From Methanocorpusculum sp. (GTDB lineage Archaea > Halobacteriota > Methanomicrobia > Methanomicrobiales > Methanocorpusculaceae): DNA of 34,848 bases. Both the position numbers and the translations under genes were made by a program. Of this stretch, positions 1-9,724 are shown piece after piece. The first letter of the stretch is position 1; each line of letters opens with the position of its first letter. Under the pieces are notes generated by a model, which searched no databases, was not told where the DNA came from, and saw only the letters and a list, made by a program, of their open reading frames with translations. The DNA lies in NCBI GenBank assembly GCA_029987025.1, contig DALTWQ010000001.1, positions 1-34,848 of the forward strand. The letters run 5' to 3'.

Positions 1-117
1 TACCCGAGGGTAGTTACAACATTGGTCTTATTAGATTGACGTATGAGATAATAAAAGTATGCATAAAATAGAGAGAGGGTGTTTGTTTAAGGAGATAAAT
101 CAGCTGTCAGCAGTACT

Positions 118-1317
118 TTATCTGTGTTTTCCCATATTGAATGAGAATACATCACTCCATGGAAGGGATATCCACTCTCCGTTCTGAAGCTGCATTACCG
201 TATAGACCGGATATCTGTCAGCATTTTCATCAAAGCAGATTGCGCCGGTAACGCCGAGATATCTCGTACTCTTCAATATATCTGCAACCTCCGTCGGATT
301 ATTATCTTCTGAGTTATCCATCGCCATAATCAGCAGATTTGCTGCATCATATCCGTAATATACGTCCACGGAAGACGGAGGGACACCATATTTATTCTCA
401 TACATCCAGACAAAATACGGATCATTTGTTTCTTTTTCCGGAATGATGAGATAAAGACCATCTGCATTCGGATTTTCTGCGACTACAGAAGAATAACCAG
501 TATCTGCTGTAACACGGAATACAGTTTCAGAGATGTCATCGTGAATCATGTCAAGTACTCTGTTGGTTTCACCCGGATTTTCCGCAATAATATAGAATGC
601 ATCCGGATTGGATGCTCTTACCTCATCTACTATATCAGATAAATCTGATGTAATCGGTATATATGTCGGAGTAAATGACAAACCTTCATGTTCTGAAGTC
701 TGTCTTTCTTTGACTGCTTCTACAAATGCATTATACTGACTGTTTCCAAAATCATCCATACTCCAGAGAACAGTGACATTTTTAATTGATTCAACATCTG
801 AAAGAATTGTTACAATGCCGTTTCCTGTGTATTTATCCGAAGAAACAATCCTGAACACATAGTTAGGATAATTTGTCAGGTCTTCTGCTGTTGCTGTCGG
901 AGAAAGAACCAGAAATCCCAGCATTTCAGCATACGGCGCCAGTGCTGATGCCTCATCACTGAGTGCCGGGCCCAGAACCATCTTGTATCCATCATTATAA
1001 AGAGACCTTGCATAATTTACCGCTTTTGCCGGATTTCCCTCAGTATCGAAATATACAGGAACGTATCTCCCGTCAGTATTTTCGAAAGCAAGTTCTATTC
1101 CTGATTTCAGTTCAAGCCCCACATCTTCAAACTCGCCGCTCAATGGAAGAAGAACAGGTATTTTTACCGGATCTCCCTGCTGCACAACAGGAAGTGCCGG
1201 TATGAAGGCAACTGCAAAGACAATGGTAAGAATGAAGGCGATTCCTACGGTAAGTTTCCACCCTCCGAAGTACTTTACATGTCCATGCCCGTGTTCATGA
1301 CTCTTTTCATGACTCAT
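118..1317 (-). CDS. LivK/branched-chain amino acid-type (periplasmic binding protein type I) solute-binding protein, membrane anchored
   Basis: 399-aa ORF with an N-terminal TM helix followed by LivK-family signatures (KIPVLLPLSG..G, DTEGNP, VLGPALS, FRIVSSD, YGYDAA, GVTGAICFDENADR). The start overlaps the upstream gene's stop (1314-1317). Confidence 0.85.
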   Translation of the reverse strand: MSHEKSHEHGHGHVKYFGGWKLTVGIAFILTIVFAVAFIPALPVVQQGDPVKIPVLLPLSGEFEDVGLELKSGIELAFENTDGRYVPVYFDTEGNPAKAVNYARSLYNDGYKMVLGPALSDEASALAPYAEMLGFLVLSPTATAEDLTNYPNYVFRIVSSDKYTGNGIVTILSDVESIKNVTVLWSMDDFGNSQYNAFVEAVKERQTSEHEGLSFTPTYIPITSDLSDIVDEVRASNPDAFYIIAENPGETNRVLDMIHDDISETVFRVTADTGYSSVVAENPNADGLYLIIPEKETNDPYFVWMYENKYGVPPSSVDVYYGYDAANLLIMAMDNSEDNNPTEVADILKSTRYLGVTGAICFDENADRYPVYTVMQLQNGEWISLPWSDVFSFNMGKHR

Positions 1318-3260
1318 TTATCATCATCCTCCTGTTTTACTAAATCCTTAAACTCCTGAACCAGTTTTTTCAGACTGAAACGCTGCAGACTTCCGGCAAA
1401 GAGTTTGCTGTCACGGGCAAAGTATGCAAAGCAGACCAGACCGAAGGCATTCACCACTATCATCGAAAGAAGAGTCGATGAAATCACATCAAATATCTGG
1501 AATGCATCCATGGTTCCTGCAAGAAGAACATATGTCGGGAAGATAAAGAGGATATGGAAACACTCTACAATTACTGCAAGAATGATTACCCGCGGAACAG
1601 TAAGCTGCCCTTTCCAGTAACGAACGGCAAATCCGGCGATCAGACCTGCCGCAATAGTCGCAATAAAGCAGGGAACTGCAGTAACTCCGCCGACAGACAA
1701 ACGGTAAATTCCACCTATCAGTGCAGCGATAAGTCCCGGAACAGGCCCTCCTATTAATCCCGCCAGCATTGGACCTAAATCCCTGAAGTTGATAATATAC
1801 CCGCCCATATTAACCCCGCCTGCCGTTCCAAAAATAGATATGGCACCGCAGATTACCACAAGCCAGAACTTATCTGCGAGGTTTGCTGTACCTTCAGCAC
1901 AGCGTTTGAACATCTTCGACTTTATGAAAATATAAATCACAACGAAACAGAGCAGAAGATTCTTTAAGATTTCAAGACCACTGTCAAGGAGAGATCCTTC
2001 AAGCAGAAGTGCTACAAATATTGCAACAACGCTTCCGATTCCGATGAAAAGCATCCACAGTCTGCTTCCTCTTGCATATGTCGGAAGTTTTGTATTCAGA
2101 TAGAGCAGAATAAGCCCGAAAATACCAAAGAGAACTGCACAGATAACTGAAATCATTCTGATGGTTTCCATCGGACTGTTTATGAGAATAGCAATAAGCA
2201 TCTGCACCGCAAAGACAAGAAGACAGGCATTGTAGATGACAGATGCGTTCTTAACCTGTTTTCCTTCCTTCTGACGGGCTCTTTTGATAATTTTGGTAAT
2301 CGCAGATGCTCTTGCATCCAGACCTACGGTAACTGAACCAAAGAAGATGATAACCAGAAATATCATGAGAATATAGACGCCGAAGGGAAGCGTTGAGACA
2401 GTTGATGAAAGGAAACTTATCAGAGTGTCAAGTGTCAGATGTGTTCCGTGCGGCAGAAATGCTGTCTGAAAACCGGAGTATCCTATTGCCATAAAACCGA
2501 TAGTAACAAGGGCGACGATGACAAAACCTATTGCAATATCTAATTTTACACTTTTCAGATATTTTCTGAAGTGATGCTTTGTTTCCAAATCACCATGTCC
2601 GCGGATTTTCTTTTCCAGCCACACTGAATAGAGCATGAGGTTGAGACCTGAACCGACAACACCGATGATTGCAAGAATTGATGTTTCAGAACCTTCCGGA
2701 ATATTCGGAACAAGTCCTCCCGCAATCATTTCTGCATTGAACGGGAAAGTTGCAAGCACAACAGCCATTACAATACCCATGATAAGAACCATGGCAGCCA
2801 TTATTTTTTCAAAATGGTGATACACATGTGTTCTTAAAACAAGCATGGCAAGAACCAGGACGAAGACGCCGATAAGAATCAGTGAATATACACCCGGCAG
2901 AAGATAGTTTATAAATGTCGCGCAGAAAAGAATCATTGCCCCGACTGAAAGTGTTTCAATCAGATATGCAACAATAGTAAATACCATTCCCCAGTTTTTC
3001 GGGCCGGGGAGATTATTAATTCCCTCGAAGATGGTTTTTCCGGTTGCCAGAGTATATCGTGCAATACCGGTAGTGAACGCATACTTGAAAAGCAGGGCTA
3101 TAATTACAACCCATATAAGCGAAAGTCCGAAATGCGAACCGATTTCAAGAGCTTCCGTGATGCCTGCTTCACCGGCAGCGGTAATTGCAAGAAGCAGACC
3201 CGGACCGAAGAAAATCAGATGATCTTTCATCCAGGCTGCGATAGAAGAGAGTATACTCAT
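1314..3260 (-). CDS. NRAMP-related (LeuT/APC-fold) transporter fused to a C-terminal LytS/YhcK-type 5TM receptor (5TM-5TMR_LYT) domain
   Basis: The N-terminus FGPGLLLAITAAGEAG...FGLSLIW...KYAF...ARYTLATGKTIFEG matches NRAMP-related transporters. The C-terminus IINFRDLGPMLAGLIGGPVPGLIAALIGGIYRLSVGGVTAVPCFIATIAAGL matches the LytS-type sensor domain. ATG at 3260 (MSILSS) is preferred over 3308, which would leave only 11 bp to the divergent gene. Confidence 0.8.
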   Translation of the reverse strand: MSILSSIAAWMKDHLIFFGPGLLLAITAAGEAGITEALEIGSHFGLSLIWVVIIALLFKYAFTTGIARYTLATGKTIFEGINNLPGPKNWGMVFTIVAYLIETLSVGAMILFCATFINYLLPGVYSLILIGVFVLVLAMLVLRTHVYHHFEKIMAAMVLIMGIVMAVVLATFPFNAEMIAGGLVPNIPEGSETSILAIIGVVGSGLNLMLYSVWLEKKIRGHGDLETKHHFRKYLKSVKLDIAIGFVIVALVTIGFMAIGYSGFQTAFLPHGTHLTLDTLISFLSSTVSTLPFGVYILMIFLVIIFFGSVTVGLDARASAITKIIKRARQKEGKQVKNASVIYNACLLVFAVQMLIAILINSPMETIRMISVICAVLFGIFGLILLYLNTKLPTYARGSRLWMLFIGIGSVVAIFVALLLEGSLLDSGLEILKNLLLCFVVIYIFIKSKMFKRCAEGTANLADKFWLVVICGAISIFGTAGGVNMGGYIINFRDLGPMLAGLIGGPVPGLIAALIGGIYRLSVGGVTAVPCFIATIAAGLIAGFAVRYWKGQLTVPRVIILAVIVECFHILFIFPTYVLLAGTMDAFQIFDVISSTLLSMIVVNAFGLVCFAYFARDSKLFAGSLQRFSLKKLVQEFKDLVKQEDDDK

Positions 3261-3319
3261 TAGTACGTATTTGTAGACATTGATAGAATATATATTCTTC
3301 CAGTACAAATTAAAAATGG

Positions 3320-4414
3320 ATGAACCGGCGAATACTTGCCATACTGATTGTCATTATCCTTCTTGCAATCCCTGGGACCCTGCTTGTAACTCACGGAAAC
3401 CTCTTCCCGCCGGAGGAAAAACCCTATGAGATTACATCGATAATTAACGATATTAAAACTGATGATTCTTTTACAACCCAGTTGATTATGGGGGTGCAGC
3501 AGGCAGAACGTCTGGCTGAAAAAGAGGGGGGCAGTGTATCTCAGGACGTCATTCTATATATGGAAGATGGATGGAAAGAATATTTTGATAAAAGAAATCC
3601 CGTATGCAATCTGGTTCTTACCTCAACAGTTGAGATATCTGATACAATTTTAGAGGCAGCTGCTGCGAATCCTAATATATCATATGTATCTATTGATTTA
3701 TCCTACGGAGATGCGGAACTTCCGCCGAATCTTGAAAATATTCAGTTCAGAAGCAATGAACCGAGTTTTGTTGCCGGATACGTTGCCGGTTCAATTACTG
3801 AAACGAATAAAATAGGATTCCTTGCAGGTATGGATATACCGGCCATTGACTGCTTCTATTACGGATTCTGTGCCGGAGTTGATGTTGCCGCTGCTGAACA
3901 GGGAAAACACATTGAAGTGATACGAAAGACGGCAGATACCTTCCAGGAGGAAAATGTGGGCTATTATCTTACGAAGCAGATGTATCAGTCAGGATGCGAT
4001 ATCTGCTTCATGGTTGCAGGAAATACCGGTGCCGGGGGAATGAAAGCAGCAGAAGAGATGAAAAAATATATTATCGGTGTTGATACGGATCAGGCATATC
4101 TCGCACCAGGGTGGGTTATTTTCAGCGTAATCAAGGATGTAAAGACCGCTGTTAAGGACAAGGTAATTGAACATGTCAAAAATGGAGATTTAATCACAGG
4201 CGGAACAACGAGTCTCGGATACACAGAAGATGCTGTCGGGGTTGTTTCTTATCTGGATACAGCAGTCCCGTCGAATCTGGAAGAACGTGCACATACCGTG
4301 GAAGAGCTGATTACCAATGGATATCTTGAGATTCCTGATAACGAAGAAAGTTATCAGAAATTTGATGCAAATCAATGTCTGAAAGTCATAAATTATGTAG
4401 AAGCCCGTGAGTAA
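3320..4414 (+). CDS. BMP family (PnrA/TmpC-like, nucleoside-type) solute-binding protein
   Basis: 364 aa with an N-terminal hydrophobic anchor; motifs DDSF, FRSNEPSFVAGYVAG, TNKIGFLAG, GCDICFMVAGNTGAG, IIGVDTDQ. Confidence 0.85.
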   Translation: MNRRILAILIVIILLAIPGTLLVTHGNLFPPEEKPYEITSIINDIKTDDSFTTQLIMGVQQAERLAEKEGGSVSQDVILYMEDGWKEYFDKRNPVCNLVLTSTVEISDTILEAAAANPNISYVSIDLSYGDAELPPNLENIQFRSNEPSFVAGYVAGSITETNKIGFLAGMDIPAIDCFYYGFCAGVDVAAAEQGKHIEVIRKTADTFQEENVGYYLTKQMYQSGCDICFMVAGNTGAGGMKAAEEMKKYIIGVDTDQAYLAPGWVIFSVIKDVKTAVKDKVIEHVKNGDLITGGTTSLGYTEDAVGVVSYLDTAVPSNLEERAHTVEELITNGYLEIPDNEESYQKFDANQCLKVINYVEARE

Positions 4415-4564
4415 AGATACAAGATACATCTTCAGTAAATTTTTCCTTTTTTATTCCGGCGGTTAGATATTATCATACATTCCCGGAGCCGGAAAATTAG
4501 AGAATAATCCCTGTCAACACCAAACCCTAATCTATTCCTAATACAAATATATACGGGAATTCAC

Positions 4565-5854
4565 ATGAGAATACCAATAAAAGATGTAACTCCTGACTGC
4601 GGACACGCTCACGTCACAGGATGGGTTCATGAAGAACGTGCATTAGGAGGACTTACTTTCCTCTTAGTCAGAGACAGAACCGGAATTCTGCAGGTAACTA
4701 TTCCGAAAAAGAAAGTCACCCCGGAAGTCCTTGAAGCAGTAAAAGAGGTCAGCCGCGAATCCGTTATCGAAGTAACCGGAGAGGTCAAGGCAACCGAAAA
4801 AGCACCCGGAGGACGGGAACTTGTACCGGAAACCCTGAAAGTCATCTCCAAAGCAGCAGCACCTCTGCCGCTCGATGTCTCCGAAAAAGTTCCGGCAGAA
4901 CTTGATACCAGACTCGACAACAGATACCTCGACTTAAGAAAACCTGCAGTAAACGCCATCTTCCAGATTAGAAGCGCAACCCTCCACGCCATAAGCGACT
5001 ACCTCTGGGAACACGGATTCATTCAGGCACAGACTCCGAAGATTGTTGCAGCAGCAACTGAGGGAGGAACTGAATTATTCCCGTTAGCCTACTTCGACAA
5101 AGAGGCCTTCTTAAATCAGTCTCCGCAGCTTTTCAAGCAGATGCTGATGAGCGCAGGATTCGACCGCGTATTCGAAATCGGTCCGATTTTCAGAGCAGAA
5201 GAGCACAATACCGTAAGACACTTAAACGAAGCAACCTCGATTGATATCGAGATGTCCTTTGCAGACCAGGAAGATGCAATGAGTGTCTTGGAAAACGTCG
5301 TTGCATACGCATACCAGTATGTAAAAGACCACTGTGCAGCAGCACTCGAGACCCTTGGTATCACCGACTTCAAAGTTCCGGCTGTTCCGTTCCCGAGAAT
5401 TACCTACAAGGAAGCAATCGAGATTTCAACTGCCGGCGGCGAGCCGCTTTCCTTCGGAGAAGACTTATCCTCAGCAGCTGAGAGAATCATCGGTGAAAAG
5501 ATGGGTACAATGTACTTCATCACCGAGTGGCCGTCTTCAACCAGACCGTTCTACACCATGCCTTTCTTAGACAGACCCGAAGTCTGCAGAGCATTTGATA
5601 TGATGCACCCGAGAATGGAATTATCCTCCGGAGCACAGCGCTGCCACATCTATGACCTCTTAGTTCAGCAGATTAAGGACAAGGGATTAAATCCGGACTC
5701 CTTCGACTTCTACTTAAACCCGTTCAAGTACGGTATGCCGCCGCACGCCGGCTGGGGTCTTGGTGCAGAGCGCCTGATTATGACCATGCTTGATCTTCAA
5801 AACATCAGAGAAGGCGTACTCTTCCCGAGAGACCGCCACAGAGTGAGCCCGTAA
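4565..5854 (+). CDS. aspS: Aspartate--tRNA(Asp/Asn) ligase, archaeal non-discriminating type
   Basis: OB-fold GWVHEER..GGL.F..RDRTG, RLDNRYLDLR, motif 2 FRAEEHNTVRHLNE, motif 3 GMPPHAGWGLGAERL. His in GWVH and Pro in KAPGG are the residues typical of non-discriminating AspRS. Confidence 0.97.
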   Translation: MRIPIKDVTPDCGHAHVTGWVHEERALGGLTFLLVRDRTGILQVTIPKKKVTPEVLEAVKEVSRESVIEVTGEVKATEKAPGGRELVPETLKVISKAAAPLPLDVSEKVPAELDTRLDNRYLDLRKPAVNAIFQIRSATLHAISDYLWEHGFIQAQTPKIVAAATEGGTELFPLAYFDKEAFLNQSPQLFKQMLMSAGFDRVFEIGPIFRAEEHNTVRHLNEATSIDIEMSFADQEDAMSVLENVVAYAYQYVKDHCAAALETLGITDFKVPAVPFPRITYKEAIEISTAGGEPLSFGEDLSSAAERIIGEKMGTMYFITEWPSSTRPFYTMPFLDRPEVCRAFDMMHPRMELSSGAQRCHIYDLLVQQIKDKGLNPDSFDFYLNPFKYGMPPHAGWGLGAERLIMTMLDLQNIREGVLFPRDRHRVSP

Positions 5855-5871
5855 AAATTTATTCATACCTC

Positions 5872-5902
5872 TCTCTTCGAAGGAAGAGAAAACATATTTT
5901 TT
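5872..5902 (+). terminator. Possible terminator hairpin plus T-tract after aspS
   Basis: TCTCTTC-GAAG-GAAGAGA stem-loop followed by a T-rich run, in a convergent intergenic region. Confidence 0.35.
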
Positions 5903-6023
5903 ATTTTGATTTTTACCTAATCCTTAAGTCCGCAGGATTAGAGATTTTTCTTAGAGAATAAAACAGCGCTGTAAAATGCTGATTAAAAAATAAAAAGAGG
6001 ATAAGTTCCTCTTTCGGACAGTT

Positions 6024-7430
6024 TTAGAGCAGCCACCCGGTAAGAAGTCCTCCGGTAATTACCGCTCTTGCCACCATGTAGATGAAGAAGAGAAGAGAGA
6101 TTACCCAGACTAACGGATGAACTTCTTTAGCTTCACGCTTGCAGATCTTGATGATACAGTAGGTGAAGAAACCGACTGCAATACCATCAGTAATGCTGTA
6201 GCATAATGCCATGAAGATTGAAGTGAAGAAACACGGAATTGCAACTTCGAGTTTATGCCACTCCATCTCTGCGAACGGCTTGAGCATCAGAATACCGACC
6301 AGGAGTAAAATCGGAGCAGTTGCTGCTGATGGAACAACAGTTGCGAACGGAACTAAGAAGATACAGATAGCGAAACAAAGTGCAGTGATAACAGCAGTAA
6401 GTCCGGTACGTCCTCCTGCTTCAACACCGGATGCAGATTCAACGAAGGTTGTAATGTTGGAGGTACCGAAGATTGAACCGACTGTTGTTGCAGTTGCATC
6501 AGCAACTAATGCACGCTCAGTTCTGGTGTGGAATCTCTTTCCGGTCTTCATCTCCTCGATTTCAGCATCGCTGAAAAGATGCATCTCACGGCCTGCTCCA
6601 ATAATTGTACCGATGGTGTCAAACATATCGATTAAACTGAAGGAGATAATCGTGATGATAACAAGCGGGATTCTAAGCGGAATTGAGAACAGCGAGGGAA
6701 GTCCTGCATCAGTAAAGATTACACAGAGGGTTTCAGGTAACTGAGCAAATGCCTCGGTGAAACTGACTGAAGCCGCAAGAGAGGTTGCCCCGAAGAACGG
6801 AATTAATCCAATCAGAGTTGTTGCAATAATACTGATAAGAAGTGCGCCTTTGATTTTCAGAACTGCAAGGATAATAGTAATCAGACAGCCGATTAAGAAG
6901 AGCCAGATTACAGGATCAGTTGCAAGACCCGCCCAGTTGATGGACGGTACTGCACCGGAGATATCAACAAAGTTGACGTTTCTTAAACCGATGTAGGCAA
7001 TAAACAGACCGATACCGCAGCCGATTGCGGCCTTTAATACCTTCGGAACAGAAGCAATCAGATATGTTCTGATCTTGGTCATGGTGATAATCATGTTTAT
7101 AATACCACAGATGAAGACCATGGATAATGCTTCCTGCCAGGTAAATCCGAGGGTGAAAACCACGGTGTAGGTGAAGAATGCATTTAATCCTAATCCGGCA
7201 GACTGTGCAAGCGGGACGTTTGCAAAAAGACCGAGCATGAGACAGCCCACAACAGTTGCAAGAACAGTTGCAAGATAGACCGCACCGGTCGGCATACCTG
7301 AAGCCCCTAAGACGTTCGGGTTTACTGCTAAGATATACGCCATTGCAAAGAATGTCGTAAGACCTGCAAGAACCTCAGTAGAGACTTTGGTGTTGTTTTC
7401 TTTCAGATGAAAGAAGGTTTCAAGTGACAT
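6024..7430 (-). CDS. NCS2/AzgA family purine (guanine/hypoxanthine/adenine) permease
   Basis: TEVLAGLTTFFAMAYILAVNP, GLNAFF, DMFDTIGT, FVESASGVEAGGRTGLTA and YSITDGIA motifs; polytopic membrane protein. Confidence 0.93.
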   Translation of the reverse strand: MSLETFFHLKENNTKVSTEVLAGLTTFFAMAYILAVNPNVLGASGMPTGAVYLATVLATVVGCLMLGLFANVPLAQSAGLGLNAFFTYTVVFTLGFTWQEALSMVFICGIINMIITMTKIRTYLIASVPKVLKAAIGCGIGLFIAYIGLRNVNFVDISGAVPSINWAGLATDPVIWLFLIGCLITIILAVLKIKGALLISIIATTLIGLIPFFGATSLAASVSFTEAFAQLPETLCVIFTDAGLPSLFSIPLRIPLVIITIISFSLIDMFDTIGTIIGAGREMHLFSDAEIEEMKTGKRFHTRTERALVADATATTVGSIFGTSNITTFVESASGVEAGGRTGLTAVITALCFAICIFLVPFATVVPSAATAPILLLVGILMLKPFAEMEWHKLEVAIPCFFTSIFMALCYSITDGIAVGFFTYCIIKICKREAKEVHPLVWVISLLFFIYMVARAVITGGLLTGWLL

Positions 7431-7474
7431 ACACTATTGTATTTGATAGAGAAACCTTTTATATGTTGTGTTAC

Positions 7475-7494
7475 TCCTGCCGACAGCGGCAGGA
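7475..7494. promoter_or_regulatory. Perfect 8-bp inverted repeat in a divergent promoter region (possible operator or hairpin)
   Basis: TCCTGCCG-ACAG-CGGCAGGA between the divergent NCS2 permease and the 74-aa ORF. Confidence 0.3.
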
Positions 7495-7578
7495 ATTCAT
7501 TGTTTATCTGTATTTAGATGTAACCATACACAAAAATTATTTATGAGATTGAAATAAGAACTGTTATTCAGATATTAT

Positions 7579-7803
7579 ATGGCATCTGCATTAAAGAACA
7601 TCACAAAAAAGCAGTGGATTGCAACAGGTATTGCAATTGCAGTCGATATTATTCTGATTCTTGTAGGTCTTTATTTCTCACAGATAATTACTGCCGCCTG
7701 TGCAGAATCCGGAAATACCGTAATCCCGCTTCTCTTTAACTGCGGAATTATTTTAGCAATGTTCATTGCAACAACTATCATTGTAAGAGTTGTTTCAAAA
7801 TAA
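7579..7803 (+). CDS. Small two-TM membrane protein, hypothetical
   Basis: 74-aa ORF with two hydrophobic segments, preceded by an AT-rich promoter-like sequence; it fills the gap upstream of the methionine synthase gene. Confidence 0.65.
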   Translation: MASALKNITKKQWIATGIAIAVDIILILVGLYFSQIITAACAESGNTVIPLLFNCGIILAMFIATTIIVRVVSK

Positions 7804-7850
7804 CTAAAGAGTCCAAAACTCTTTTTATCTCTCTTACCCTACATCTAATT

Positions 7851-8735
7851 ATGCAATTACCCTGCCTTCTTCCGACAACAGTTGTCGGTTCTTTTCCCTG
7901 CGTCAAAACCGGAGGGCTCTTTGACCCGTATAAAAAAGCAGTAAAGTTCGCAGTTGCAGAACAGCTGCGTGCCGGTATCGATATTATTTCTGACGGACAG
8001 GTCCGTGCTGACATGATTGAGGCATTCGTCCCAAAACTGCCTGGAATCTCCGGAAAAACCGTCATCGGAAAAATAGGTGCAGCAGATAAACCCATCACCG
8101 CTGCAGATACAAAATATGCACTGACTCAGACAAAGCAGGTTAAAGGTATTCTTAGCGGACCCTGCACACTTTCCTATGCTCTTTCAATAGAGACTCCGGA
8201 GTACCGCAACAAAACCGAAATCGCACTTGACCTCGCAGCAGCACTTCATGAAGAGGCAAAACATCTGTCACGTACAGGATGCACGCTCATTCAGATTGAT
8301 GAACCGATATTATCAACCGGTGCAGTCCCTGTTGAGACGGCAAAAGAATGTCTCTCAATTATCTTCAGCGGAATTGATACACCTTCATGCGTACACACCT
8401 GCGGTGTTTTAAGAGACATCGCTTCAGAATGGGTAACACTTCCGGTCGATGTTTTAGACTTCGAATATGCAGTAAGTCCAGAAAATCTTGAAACACTTTC
8501 CAGACATGACTTAAAGGGTAAAAAAATAGGATGCGGCTGTGTGAAAAGTTCTGATAAGAAGGTGGAATCAGTTTCTGAAATTGAAGAACACATCAGACGC
8601 TGCATCGATACCTTCGGAAAAGAGAATATCTTAATTGACCCCGACTGCGGCCTTAGAATGCACACACCTGAAGGAGCATTTCAGAAACTTGCCAATATGT
8701 GTGAAGCGGTCAGAAATGTGCGCAAAGAACTGTAA
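7851..8735 (+). CDS. metE: Core (catalytic-domain-only) methionine synthase, methanogen MesA-type methylcorrinoid:homocysteine methyltransferase
   Basis: TTVVGSFP, QLRAGIDIISDGQ, IQIDEP, Zn ligands HTC, DFE and DPDCGL; 294 aa, a single barrel. Confidence 0.9.
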   Translation: MQLPCLLPTTVVGSFPCVKTGGLFDPYKKAVKFAVAEQLRAGIDIISDGQVRADMIEAFVPKLPGISGKTVIGKIGAADKPITAADTKYALTQTKQVKGILSGPCTLSYALSIETPEYRNKTEIALDLAAALHEEAKHLSRTGCTLIQIDEPILSTGAVPVETAKECLSIIFSGIDTPSCVHTCGVLRDIASEWVTLPVDVLDFEYAVSPENLETLSRHDLKGKKIGCGCVKSSDKKVESVSEIEEHIRRCIDTFGKENILIDPDCGLRMHTPEGAFQKLANMCEAVRNVRKEL

Positions 8736-8770
8736 AAGGTAAAGAGGAGTTATATCCTCACTTTTTTATT

Positions 8771-9625
8771 CTACTTTTTCAGATACGAAAGCAGTTCATC
8801 AAGTTTCTTTTCCGCATCATTGTGCCCGATGTCATACAGCTCTTTTAATTTTTCCTTGCTCTTTGTAACGACACCTACCGGCAGCGGACTATCCGGACGG
8901 ATGACAAAAATATTTCCTGCCTCCTCTTCCTTCTGAATGAAATCCATTGTCTCATTGTAGCGGATGTTTCTGTCAGCACAGCGGGCTAAAAAGTTCGGAT
9001 ACTCATGATACCGCATCTTATAAAGCGGCATTACCAGATTCTTTCCTTTGCGGTAATCTGCAGGGCGTGTTAATATCAGAACCACTTTTTTGTTTCCGTC
9101 GGAAATAGCGCGGCGAACCGGAATTGAATCCGCAATACATCCGTCAAGATATTCATACTTGCCGATTCTGACATTTTTTGCAAGAAGCGGCATCGAACTC
9201 GACGCATGAACCGGCGGGAATCCGTTGTGCGAATCCTCTGCTGTTACCGGGAAATATTCCGCCTCACCCGTTGAAAGATTCGTGGCAGTCGCATAAAACG
9301 TACCCTTATACGCTGCGAATGTATCATAGTCAAACGGGTCAAGTTCATTGTGCAGACGATAAAACAGCATCTCGGTTCCGAACAGATTTCCTGTCGTGAT
9401 GAGACTTTTGAGACTGCAGTAGCTTTTATCGTGCAGATAATTTGTACTGATACGGTAAGCACGGTTATGCTGCTTTGATACAAAACTTGCCGCATGACAC
9501 GCGCCGGCTGATACTGCATATATAGATGAGAACTCAATCTCATGTTCCAGGAAAACATCGATAACTCCAGTGGAATATCCCCCGCGCATACCCCCTCCTT
9601 CAAAAACCGCAGCTGCCTGATACAT
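8771..9625 (-). CDS. Patatin-like phospholipase family protein (YjjU-like)
   Basis: EGGGMRG oxyanion loop, VSAGA nucleophile elbow, ASSSMP, YLDG.IADSIP, LILTRP. Confidence 0.9.
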   Translation of the reverse strand: MYQAAAVFEGGGMRGGYSTGVIDVFLEHEIEFSSIYAVSAGACHAASFVSKQHNRAYRISTNYLHDKSYCSLKSLITTGNLFGTEMLFYRLHNELDPFDYDTFAAYKGTFYATATNLSTGEAEYFPVTAEDSHNGFPPVHASSSMPLLAKNVRIGKYEYLDGCIADSIPVRRAISDGNKKVVLILTRPADYRKGKNLVMPLYKMRYHEYPNFLARCADRNIRYNETMDFIQKEEEAGNIFVIRPDSPLPVGVVTKSKEKLKELYDIGHNDAEKKLDELLSYLKK

Positions 9626-9724
9626 AACTGCTTATTTTTTCAGCGCCGAAAGAGTAAATACTCTGTGGTCAGGAAAATCTTCGGCAACAACATAAATCTT
9701 CAAAAAACAAATATACATATATCT

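Noticed and set aside
7851..8735. Half-length MetE as a truncated pseudogene
   Set aside because: Single-barrel core methionine synthases are normal in methanogens, and the Zn ligands are intact.
9542..9724. Longer N-terminus of the acidic hypothetical protein
   Set aside because: It overlaps the divergent patatin gene and its promoter; ATG 9725 is more plausible.
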